Under the pieces are notes generated by a model. That model searched no databases. It had not been told where the DNA came from and saw only the letters and a list, made by a program, of their open reading frames with translations. A stretch of DNA of 17,597 bases from Synechococcus sp. (GTDB lineage Bacteria > Cyanobacteriota > Cyanobacteriia > Thermostichales > PCC-7336): assembly GCA_051439605.1 (NCBI GenBank), contig JBFRWN010000129.1:1-17597 (forward strand). Direction: 5' to 3'. Shown here piece by piece: positions 8,888 through 16,892 of the stretch (position 1 is its first letter; every line of letters starts with the position of its first letter). The translations under genes and the position numbers were made by a program.

Positions 8888-9045
8888 AATGACAAATCGA
8901 ATGGGAACGTTTCCCGAATTTGAAGGCATTACGTCAACGAGTTCAAGAACTTTTAGATGGCTTGAGCGATACTGTTATTCAATCCTTCACTGGATGGGAT
9001 TTCATCATTGACGCCGTATGAAGTTCCTCTTTAGAGATTTGGTAT
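8866..9045 (+). mobile_element. IS630-family remnant (transposase C-terminus and right end)
   Basis: Frame from 8866 reads KRLWQHLK*QIEWERFPNLKALRQRVQELLDGLSDTVIQSFTGWDFIIDAV* (internal TGA 8890), typical of IS630 transposase ends. Followed by GAGATTTGGTAT, a likely terminal IR. Confidence 0.75.
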
Positions 9046-9727
9046 TGGACCGTCTGCGACTATCGACAATCGCAATCAGTATAGCGAGTAAGATCGCTAC
9101 ATTAAATATCTCTTCAGGGAACTCAAACCATAGCCCTTGTAGGAAAAGCTCGAAGCCAATTAGAATCAGTAAAACCAGGATAACTATATTGACAGAAGGG
9201 TATCGATCAATCAATGTGGCTACTTTGTCGATTGCAAACAAACGAATAACGCCTGACATCAAAAAAATAAAGATAATGGATGGAAAGTCTTGGGCTCTGG
9301 AAGCAACTACAATAATTGTATCTAGTGATAAGATTAAGTTTACAATGGTCATTTCGAGCATTAACAGAGGAAATTTTTCGGCTGTACGCCTTAGTTGCTG
9401 AGTACCTTCCAGATCTCTAGAATACAGATATAATTCATGACTACTTTTTACGATCAAAAACGATCCCGCGATGAATAGAGAAATCGCATCCGGTGTAAAT
9501 TCAATTTCGAACAGTGTAAAAAGTGCTTCATTCTGCCTCAAAAAAGCTCCGAGTAATCCAATCAGAACAATTCTTCCTATGAATTCGCTGAAGGTACCCC
9601 ACGCGATCGCTTGCCGATGTTTCTGCTGCGGCAACCCTTTAACTATTGAGGTCATGTAAATAGCATTGTCAACATCAAGCAAAGTGACAAAAAAGCTTTT
9701 CCGGAGCAATATAAGAAATTGAATCAT
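9005..9727 (-). CDS. TerC family integral membrane protein (divergent)
   Basis: LLDVDNAIYM, IAGSFLIVKSSHEL, ILSLDTII, IDRYPSV...LILIGFEL; multiple hydrophobic helices. Confidence 0.82.
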   Translation of the reverse strand: MIQFLILLRKSFFVTLLDVDNAIYMTSIVKGLPQQKHRQAIAWGTFSEFIGRIVLIGLLGAFLRQNEALFTLFEIEFTPDAISLFIAGSFLIVKSSHELYLYSRDLEGTQQLRRTAEKFPLLMLEMTIVNLILSLDTIIVVASRAQDFPSIIFIFLMSGVIRLFAIDKVATLIDRYPSVNIVILVLLILIGFELFLQGLWFEFPEEIFNVAILLAILIAIVDSRRRSNTKSLKRNFIRRQ

Positions 9728-9737
9728 TGATAAATTA

Positions 9738-10958
9738 TCATTTTGCTAATTTCAAGGATCGGGCAACTGGAGCCAAGGTAAACCCTTGGATGGTGACTGA
9801 CACTAAAACGATAAAGAAAACCACATTAAATATCACCCGAGCATCCTGTATTCCTGCAGCAATGGGGGCGATCGCCAAAATAATCGGTACGGCTCCCCTC
9901 AGCCCTACCCAAGAAATAAACAGTTTTTCGGGGGGGAGGTATTTCGTTAACACCATGCTGAGCAATACGCTCAAAGGTCGAGCAACAAACATCAGACAGA
10001 GGGCAAGGGCTACGGCGATTGGAGCGATCGCCAGCAGTTGAGACGGAAATACCAACAGTCCCAAGACTAAAAACATCACAATTTGCATCAACCAGGCAAT
10101 TCCTTCGTGAAACTCCACAATGCTTTGTTTTTGTCGGAGGGGGCGGTTGCCAAATACCACGCCTGCTAAGTAGACCGCTAAAAATCCATTGCCCTGCAAA
10201 GCAGCCGCAATTCCGTAAATCAATAACGCCCGTGCCATCATCAAGACGGGATACAGCGCTTTGGTATCCAGATGAAGGCGATTGGCAAACCAACTCATGA
10301 CGTATCCACCGCCAATTCCCACTGCCGCCCCCACGCCAAATTGCAAGAGAAATGTAGAGAGCAATTCAACCGCAGAGGCATTGGCGGCAGTCAAGGTGCT
10401 GACCAAAGTGGTTGTGAGCAATACCGCCATGGGATCGTTGCTGCCCGATTCCAGCTCCAGCAATGGTTGCAAGTTCCCCTTCAGTTCTAAATTGCTCGTT
10501 CTGAGGACAGAAAACACAGCAGCAGCATCCGTAGAGGAAACAATTGCCCCCAACAGCAATCCCTCCCCCCAACTAATCCCGTTAAATCCAATGGCAAACG
10601 AAGAAAAACTACCCAAGATGAACCAGGTGAACGTGCCAAAGATGACCATGGTGAGCACGACACCTACCGTAGAAAGCACCAACCCCTGCCCTATCACCGG
10701 CCGGATGCGCTGCCATTGGGTCCCCAGCCCCCCGGAAAACAGAATAAAAATTAAGGCAACATTCCCGATGGCATTGGCTGCCACGTAATTTTCGAAGTGG
10801 ATTCCGCCCAACCCCTCCGATCCCGACAGCATGCCAATCAGCAAAAATAACAGCAGTGAAGGGACACCAAACTTGTTCGATAATATGCTGGCATAAACGC
10901 TGGTCAGCAACAGGATTCCGACAACAATGCAGAGAAATTCGAATAGCCCTACAGACAT
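9738..10958 (-). CDS. cvrA: Potassium/proton antiporter (NhaP2/CvrA, CPA1), membrane domain only
   Basis: GVPSLLLFLLIGMLSGSEGLGGIHF, VSSTDAAAVFSVLR, LLELESGSNDPMA, GNGFLAVY, SWVGLRGAVPIILA, IFNVVFFIV...QG. Confidence 0.9.
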   Translation of the reverse strand: MSVGLFEFLCIVVGILLLTSVYASILSNKFGVPSLLLFLLIGMLSGSEGLGGIHFENYVAANAIGNVALIFILFSGGLGTQWQRIRPVIGQGLVLSTVGVVLTMVIFGTFTWFILGSFSSFAIGFNGISWGEGLLLGAIVSSTDAAAVFSVLRTSNLELKGNLQPLLELESGSNDPMAVLLTTTLVSTLTAANASAVELLSTFLLQFGVGAAVGIGGGYVMSWFANRLHLDTKALYPVLMMARALLIYGIAAALQGNGFLAVYLAGVVFGNRPLRQKQSIVEFHEGIAWLMQIVMFLVLGLLVFPSQLLAIAPIAVALALCLMFVARPLSVLLSMVLTKYLPPEKLFISWVGLRGAVPIILAIAPIAAGIQDARVIFNVVFFIVLVSVTIQGFTLAPVARSLKLAK

Positions 10959-10983
10959 AGCTGATCTCTATCAATAGAAGTCT

Positions 10984-11604
10984 TTACTTGAATTCTTCAA
11001 TGACGCGCCCCTGGCTGAGCAGCGTATAGCTTTGGTTGCCTGAAGCAGCCAGCATGATGGCTTCTACCAACGGATCGCTGACCTCGCTTTCCGACACCCA
11101 TTCCACAATGAAATTCGCCCCCGACCCCCCACTGCGATCGCTTCTTGCAATGCCAAACTCGGTGGTTGCCATCGGTGGCAAGCGTAAATTTTGGGCCGAA
11201 AGACAGTCCCTCACCAACCGACCGTTGGTGTCGTAATAGCGAATGGCAGTAATCAGGATGGACTCGGTTTCGCTGGTATTGCGAACGCTGAGAAACCCCG
11301 ACATGTCCAGCGTTCTCAACCCCCCGGATAGTGAGATTTGGGAATAGAAGGGAACGTAAACCTTCTGTCCTCTAGCGATGTTTGCAATGTCTCGATCTTT
11401 ACTTTCAACCACCGCTACCGGGGGGTCATCGGGAAGCGAAGGGGGCTGCTGGCAAGTTTCGATGGACGGGTTATTCGGCCTTTGAGTGGTTTGTTGGCTC
11501 TCTGGAACGGTACAGGAACCCAGCAGAACAAGGATAGATGCAAGGGGCCAGATCAAATAAAGCCTCATAAAGTTCTCACCTATCAATACTGAACCTGGCT
11601 GCAT
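10984..11604 (-). CDS. DUF3124 family lipoprotein
   Basis: GQKVYVPFYSQI, LSVRNTS, RYYDTNGRLVR, GGSGANFIVEW, PLVEAIM. Lipobox-like LLGS-C. Alternative start ATG 11568. Confidence 0.88.
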   Translation of the reverse strand: MQPGSVLIGENFMRLYLIWPLASILVLLGSCTVPESQQTTQRPNNPSIETCQQPPSLPDDPPVAVVESKDRDIANIARGQKVYVPFYSQISLSGGLRTLDMSGFLSVRNTSETESILITAIRYYDTNGRLVRDCLSAQNLRLPPMATTEFGIARSDRSGGSGANFIVEWVSESEVSDPLVEAIMLAASGNQSYTLLSQGRVIEEFK

Positions 11605-11680
11605 CCTACTCCTGTATTTCGCGATTTCATCGCATCGGCACTATCTCTGGAAAGGTTCAAGCCCCGTCAAGAATCTCCGG

Positions 11681-12442
11681 ATGCGGTTCGTAAATCTGCA
11701 CGGTGTAGTTCCAATCCTCCGAGTTCAGCAGGCCATCGATCCGACCGTCGCCACCCCTTTCACTGGCGATCGCGAATTTGCCCAACTCTCCAACCCGATC
11801 GGAGTGTTTCACTTGGCTGTCCAGAACGGATTGACAACTGCAGCAGCAGCTTGTTCGTGGTTTGCTGAATTTTACAACCGCGCCCCCTTTAATCCGGTTC
11901 GCGATCGCCAGCAAAATGACGAGCGCATGCCCATTCAACACGGCAGCTTCTATTGGGAGGATTCCTACCCTAACTCCCATCTGCTTGCGGATGCCGAATT
12001 GCTGCGCTACTGGTGGAATCCAGATTTCCTGTTGGTACATTCTAGGGGGATTGAGAATGCCGGTCGTTGCTTTGGCTCCGACTCGAAAGAATATCTCGGG
12101 CAAGTCCAGATCGTTGATAATCTTCTGGCCCACGCTATTCCCCGTTGGCAACAGTCGGGATACGACATTGTCATTGTTTCCACTCTTGGCATGACTCCCG
12201 ACGGCGATCGAGGGGATAACTCGGCTAAGGTGCAGGATGTGCCCCTGTTTTGCATCGGGCAATCGTTCGCCCCCGGTGTCTACCTAGATGGACTCTCTCA
12301 ATTGGCGATCGCGCCTATGATTTGCCAGTTATTGGGCTTTCCCCTAGCTTCAACGATGCAATTGATTCCCGTTCCAGGCTTTCCTCAGGGCGTTTTACAC
12401 CCAGAAACTAACGAGGTCCGAGCAATGGTTGCAGCAACATAG
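11681..12442 (+). CDS. Alkaline phosphatase superfamily (nucleotide pyrophosphatase-like) protein, probably catalytically inactive
   Basis: FHLA..NGLTTAAAA.SWFAEFYNRAPF...RDR...PIQHG.FY.ED.YP.SHL.ADAE.LR...PDFLLVH, VPLF.IG. The usual metal-binding motifs are substituted or missing. Confidence 0.75.
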   Translation: MRFVNLHGVVPILRVQQAIDPTVATPFTGDREFAQLSNPIGVFHLAVQNGLTTAAAACSWFAEFYNRAPFNPVRDRQQNDERMPIQHGSFYWEDSYPNSHLLADAELLRYWWNPDFLLVHSRGIENAGRCFGSDSKEYLGQVQIVDNLLAHAIPRWQQSGYDIVIVSTLGMTPDGDRGDNSAKVQDVPLFCIGQSFAPGVYLDGLSQLAIAPMICQLLGFPLASTMQLIPVPGFPQGVLHPETNEVRAMVAAT

Positions 12443-12549
12443 TCAAGAAAATAAAGCTAGAAATAAAAACAAGCAGAAGATCGATAGATCGTCAGAATTT
12501 GTATTCATAAAAAGCAAAAGATAAGGATTGTTGCTTCCAGTAAAAAGTA

Positions 12550-13158
12550 TTACCTCAATCTAAAACGTGCTAAACCCAATCGCTTCCGGTAGATCGCTCC
12601 TATGATTAGGAGGCCAACAATCAGCAAGTATATTTGAAAAGCTGAATTTTCAATGTTCCACTTGGGAATTGAAGGTAATGCTAGCAAGACACTGAAAACA
12701 CTCGCTATATATGTTGAACCTGTCTCTGTTTCTGGGAACATCCATGCCTTACGGATTGTAGGGATTGAGGCACAACCATCGCCAGTCATGGCAAGAAGTA
12801 TTGAAATTATGGGGGAATCCACTGCCCCCCAAACCATCAAAGCAGCCAAAGAAAAAGCCCCACATGCTAAATCAAAAGGAGTGAGCCGCCAATAGCCTTG
12901 TGGATTTGCAAAAGAAGCGAGAAATACTGCTAGGGGAAGGCACCCTGCCAGAAAAACTCGGACGAGAGCCCAGGGGTCAGCACCCGCAGCTATAGCGGCA
13001 GATGCACTCACAAGGGGGGCAAGTGCCCACATTGCCCAAGAAACGCGATTGGGTGTTGTCTTTCCCCTTAGAGTGTCCCGGATATACGCATAAAACCCTG
13101 CAACAAGAATAATTGCACTCAAGACTACAAGCCAGTGGACGAAAGGAAGTCCAAGCAT
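12550..13158 (-). CDS. Hypothetical multi-pass membrane protein (PQ-loop-like two-repeat organisation)
   Basis: About 7 hydrophobic segments. Two similar motifs YIRDTLRGKTTPNRVSW and PTIRKAWMFPETETGSTY. Confidence 0.75.
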   Translation of the reverse strand: MLGLPFVHWLVVLSAIILVAGFYAYIRDTLRGKTTPNRVSWAMWALAPLVSASAAIAAGADPWALVRVFLAGCLPLAVFLASFANPQGYWRLTPFDLACGAFSLAALMVWGAVDSPIISILLAMTGDGCASIPTIRKAWMFPETETGSTYIASVFSVLLALPSIPKWNIENSAFQIYLLIVGLLIIGAIYRKRLGLARFRLR

Positions 13159-13337
13159 ATTCGCCCGGAAGAAAGAGAATAAAGTTGCTTTGGACAGTTT
13201 ACTTCAAGAGGATTAATAGGCTATGTCAGCCTAACAAAAGGGTTTGAAGCGAGAGTCTGAGCAACGCCAACGACATTTTTGGGAGGGTCACTTCTCTCTG
13301 ACATCGAAGCAAGGTTGCAGTCCGAGGCAAGACGTGG

Positions 13338-13353
13338 TTCTAACGTGTTAGCT
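13338..13353 (-). other. Collapsed attC (R'' and R' boxes with the inner stem missing)
   Basis: Minus strand AGCTAAC-AC-GTTAGAA, at the distal end of the YaaC-like cassette. Begins like the 15654 site (CTAACAC) and ends like the 15571 and 14090 sites (CGTTAGAA). Confidence 0.45.
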
Positions 13354-13597
13354 ATCTGTCATTTTATCAATTGATGAGGTATGCCGAAAATTTCCTGGTT
13401 GGACATACTAATTAGGGGAAAACATTACTTGCTGACAGACGATGCACTGAAAGCTTCCACTAAAACCGAGTTCTATATTCAGAATCTGGACTATTCTCCT
13501 ATCTGTCTAGGACTAGAGACATAATTTAAAATTGCTAAGTTGTTTTCCGTTATAAATTAACATTAGACGATGAATTATTTGCTTGTAGGAGTTGATT

Positions 13598-13981
13598 TTA
13601 GCCAAGAGGAAAAGTAAGACCTTGATGCTCTAATGTGCTTTCAAAACCAATACCTCTAACTGACAAAAAGTACTTCACAAGATTTGGCATTCCATAGCTA
13701 AGTAAGAGTCGCTTTCATAGGAAATTTAGTGGCATCAGCAGCTTTATAGAAATCTGCTGCTAGTTGCGAATAGTATTTAGCTCTAATGAAATGTTCCCGA
13801 TTTTTAGTGCATTTTTTTGGAATTTTCTGAGTAACCCACGTATGAAGATAATGACTAAGGAGCAGCCGTCAGGACGTATGCGGTTCCAGGTGGTACCACA
13901 AAATAAAAGTATCGTACATTCTGGTATTTGTATAAAGCAGGTGTGCCTTTCTCTGGCTTTCTTAGTATCTCTAGTACTCAA
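13598..13981 (-). pseudogene. Decayed YaaC-like gene in a cassette
   Basis: Joining frames gives KGTPALYKYQNVRYFYFVVPPGTAYVLTAAP*S / YLHTWVTQKI...RAKYYSQLAADFYKAADATKFPMKATLT / YGMPNLVKYFLSVRGIGFESTLEHQGLTFPLG*. Three frameshifts plus stops. Confidence 0.55.
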
Positions 13982-14089
13982 ATTCCTTGAATGCTGTAGC
14001 AGATTTAAGTTTTACATTAGACTCAGTTTTCCTAAGTTTGCGTAATTAAATTAACTGTTTCGCCAAGACGCATTCGCAGAATTATTGAT

Positions 14090-14176
14090 TTCTAACGGTG
14101 ATAGTCAGCGGGGTGGAATAGTTGTATTTTCAAATTACAACCTCTCGCTTTCACGTCCGCTGCACTGAAGTTAGAA
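14090..14176 (-). other. attC recombination site
   Basis: TTCTAAC ttc AGT(G)CAGCGG...GTTGTA..TACAAC...CCGCTGACT atcacc GTTAGAA; 87 bp; the R''-L'' spacer is about 2 nt short. Confidence 0.78.
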
Positions 14177-14293
14177 GGACAATTTTGAGTGCCAGATTTC
14201 ATACGGTAGTCGCTCTTAAGCGCAAGCCAAGTGCCTGTATAACTTTAAGTACGGTGGCAAACTCTGGATTTCCCTCAGTCGATAGAGCTTTGT

Positions 14294-15355
14294 CTAAGTA
14301 CAGGACAAAAACTCCAAAGCATGTAGGAACTGTGCGTTTTTATGCTGTAGATCGAGCATGATAGAGCGGAGATGATCGAGTCCATAGCGGAAAATACTTC
14401 TGGCCTTTCTGCCATGGTTCTTGATTTCTATGGGCTCAAACTCGTGCATCCAGTAGCCAATGTGGACCGCCCACGCCAAAGCGAGAGAGAGCAAAGCAAA
14501 GAGTTTGCCTAAGCGCTCAGAATCCCTCAGATGAGTATCCTCAAGACGAAAGCCTCGGGTTTTCAACATGCCGAAGAGAGTTTCAATTCCCCAACGCTGG
14601 GCGTAATCGGCAATGGCGCTTTGGGGCGCAGTCTGGGTGGCGATGACCAGTAGAGAGCCATCATCCAACCTCAACGCTGCAATATATAGCCAATGGCCCC
14701 ACAGTCGTCGTTTCTTGCGCAGTATCCTTTGCTGTCCGGGTTGGAGATCGGCAAAGATGGTCTTCACCGATAACGAGCGCCGTCCATCGAAAAGCTGATG
14801 ATTGCACTTGATACGCATCCGGAAAGGAGTCTCGGGAGCCGCCTTGAGGTAGCTGAACCACAACTGCCCGACAAACTCTCGATCCCCGCACAGATAGGCA
14901 ACGTTCGCCTCACCGAAATGTTCGAGAAAGCGACCCATTAGGTCCATACGCTCAAGGGTGTTGGAGTTCCCCCGCTTCTCTAGCAGGGTCCACACCAAGG
15001 GAATGGCAATGCCTTGATGAACAACTCCCAGCACCAAGATGTTGAAGACGCTCTGGCCAAATTGCCACTCAGTTCGGTCCACCGAGAGCACCCAGGGTTC
15101 GGGGATATCGAGTATGGCTACAAGCGCTTTTGCTATTGCCACTTCGTCTACATCAAACCCGCGAAAGAAGCGTTGGATGCGCTTGTAACTGGACTCAACG
15201 AGGGTGTTGCCACCAAAAGCCACCGCTAGCTGGCTAAAGTCGACTGTTCTGACCCGAATCAGTGCCATCAAGAACATCGCTACGAAGCTCAGACGGGCTC
15301 CATGCCAGGGTAAGTGAGCTCGCAACTGTTCTCTGAGCAGGTTAATCTCGTTCAT
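14294..15355 (-). CDS. IS4-family DDE transposase
   Basis: SVDRTEW (D), GDREF (D), YAQRWGIETLFGMLK (YREK motif with E). Stop codon lies in the right IR. Confidence 0.95.
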   Translation of the reverse strand: MNEINLLREQLRAHLPWHGARLSFVAMFLMALIRVRTVDFSQLAVAFGGNTLVESSYKRIQRFFRGFDVDEVAIAKALVAILDIPEPWVLSVDRTEWQFGQSVFNILVLGVVHQGIAIPLVWTLLEKRGNSNTLERMDLMGRFLEHFGEANVAYLCGDREFVGQLWFSYLKAAPETPFRMRIKCNHQLFDGRRSLSVKTIFADLQPGQQRILRKKRRLWGHWLYIAALRLDDGSLLVIATQTAPQSAIADYAQRWGIETLFGMLKTRGFRLEDTHLRDSERLGKLFALLSLALAWAVHIGYWMHEFEPIEIKNHGRKARSIFRYGLDHLRSIMLDLQHKNAQFLHALEFLSCT

Positions 15356-15430
15356 GGGGTATCGTTTGGTTGTGGTTATCCTACGAAACCCCCTCCTACT
15401 CTACTTTTCAAGTTTTTGTCCTGTACTCAG
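14294..15430 (-). mobile_element. Complete IS4-family insertion sequence (IS10-like), 1137 bp
   Basis: IRs CTAAGTACAGGACAAAAACT / CTGAGTACAGGACAAAAACT (19/20). 9-bp direct repeat GAGCTTTGT at 14285-14293 and 15431-15439. Confidence 0.95.
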
Positions 15431-15570
15431 GAGCTTTGTAAAGGCTCTCTCTTCCAAGACCAGTTTCGCGAGCAATTTGTGTCATTCCTTCGGAACGAGC
15501 GATGTCCCCTAAAGCCGCAGCAATTAGTGTGGGATCAACGTGCATCAATTTTGTAAAAGGCTGGAAGTAC

Positions 15571-15654
15571 TTCTAACGGTGAAGTTCAATGGCAGCAGTG
15601 ATTTTTAATCCCGATTAATTGCTGATACTCCGCCATTGCAACGCAGTGTTAGTT
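15571..15654 (-). other. attC recombination site
   Basis: AACTAAC actgc GTT(G)CAATGGCGG...TTAATC gg GATTAA...CTGCCATTGAAC ttcacc GTTAGAA; 84 bp; 5/6-nt spacers. Confidence 0.82.
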
Positions 15655-15729
15655 AGCGGAAGCGTCCAAATCATACGACAGAACCTAAGCTGATAGCATC
15701 AGCGTTAGTTCATCTTTCCGCGAGGATAG

Positions 15730-16599
15730 TTGAAAATCATGGCAAGTAAGCACTCTTCCCTCTTCCAAGACTCCTCTAAGCCTTTGATTTTTGGGCATCG
15801 TGGCGTACCAGAAGAGCATCAAGAAAATACTATGACCGGGTTCCAACGGGCCATAGAGTTGGGTCTAGATGGAGTAGAACTGGATGTCTTTTTGACAAAA
15901 GATAAGCAGTTAGTCGTGTTTCACGATCTGGACACCGAACGACTGACTGGTACTCCTGGCACTATTACCGCTATGACCTGGCCTGAAATCCAGCAACTTA
16001 CCATTAAGCGAGAGTTGAACGTAGGAGACAAGGTCATCGACTATGGTCGTGAAAAAAAGATTGAGCTACTGAAAGATGTACTGGAAGAGACACGAGGCAA
16101 ACTGCTGGTAAACATCGAAATCAAAGCCTACAGTCTAGATTTTGGCCAGCGTCATACAGGCACTGCTGTCGCTAACCTGATTCGCCAAATGGGCCTGGAG
16201 TCCAACGTCTTTGTAACGTCGTTCAATTTCTGGCCTCTGATCTGGCTGGAACGCACCTACCCCGGTCTGGAATCAGGATTCACCTATTCTCCTGCGTTTA
16301 TCAAAAATGGCTTACTCCGTAATCTAATGGAATCCAGTTGGATGGGACGTCTGATTGGGGCAACCCAAACTAACATGAGTTTGACCATGTTCGATGAAGA
16401 CACTGTGGAACGGGTTCACCAAAAGGGGTTATCAATTGGAGCTTGGACCGTATTTTCCCAAGATTCTAAGTGGTTAGGCGACCCATTGGCTCCAGAGCAA
16501 GAGTTACAAATCGTTCGCGACCTAACCGCACGAGGGATAGATTATTTCATCACCGATGACCCCGTGAAACTTCGTCAAGTGTTGGTTCGGAAAGTTTAA
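15730..16599 (+). CDS. Glycerophosphodiester phosphodiesterase (GDPD family)
   Basis: IFGHRG, ENT, GVELDV, VVFHD, NIEIK, AWTV, ITDDP. Alternative start ATG 15739. Confidence 0.92.
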   Translation: MKIMASKHSSLFQDSSKPLIFGHRGVPEEHQENTMTGFQRAIELGLDGVELDVFLTKDKQLVVFHDLDTERLTGTPGTITAMTWPEIQQLTIKRELNVGDKVIDYGREKKIELLKDVLEETRGKLLVNIEIKAYSLDFGQRHTGTAVANLIRQMGLESNVFVTSFNFWPLIWLERTYPGLESGFTYSPAFIKNGLLRNLMESSWMGRLIGATQTNMSLTMFDEDTVERVHQKGLSIGAWTVFSQDSKWLGDPLAPEQELQIVRDLTARGIDYFITDDPVKLRQVLVRKV

Positions 16600-16797
16600 C
16601 GTTCCTGTGGACCAATCGTTTCATATTCAACGCTTGCGGCACTCCCTTCACTGTCTTTGCATCAAGGTTTTGGCGTCTACGATAGGCGATCGCACGTTGC
16701 CTCAGCGCACTATAGAGATGGGCGAGTACGTTCAGCTCCATGGCACCGCATCCTACAGACAGCTGTCCTCCCGTGTTCTGGCAGACAAGTGAGAGCG

Positions 16798-16892
16798 GGC
16801 TAACGATGGAGATCTCCGGGCAGGCGGACCATCACGAGCGATCGTGGAAAAAACGATAACGTAGTCCGCTTCGGTGCATCGCTTGGTTATAC
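16798..16892 (-). other. attC recombination site of the GNAT cassette
   Basis: GTATAAC caagc GAT(G)CACCG..GCGGACTA...TGGTCCGC..CGGAGATC tccatc GTTAGCC; 95 bp. The GNAT stop codon TAA is inside R''. Confidence 0.85.

Larger units (their letters stand above)
14199..15545 (-). pseudogene. Addiction-module antidote (HTH antitoxin), N-terminally short and interrupted by IS4
   Basis: Removing the IS and one TSD restores 66 aa: MHVDPTLIAAALGDIARSEGMTQIARETGLGRESLYKA-LSTEGNPEFATVLKVIQALGLRLRATTV*. Confidence 0.9.

Noticed and set aside
11657..12262. 201-aa minus-strand ORF
   Set aside because: Antisense to the phosphatase-family gene, which has the family motifs.
13760..14361. Short ORFs 13760-13981, 13764-14045 and 14122-14361
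   Set aside because: Explained by the decayed YaaC-like gene, the attC site and the antisense of the split antitoxin.
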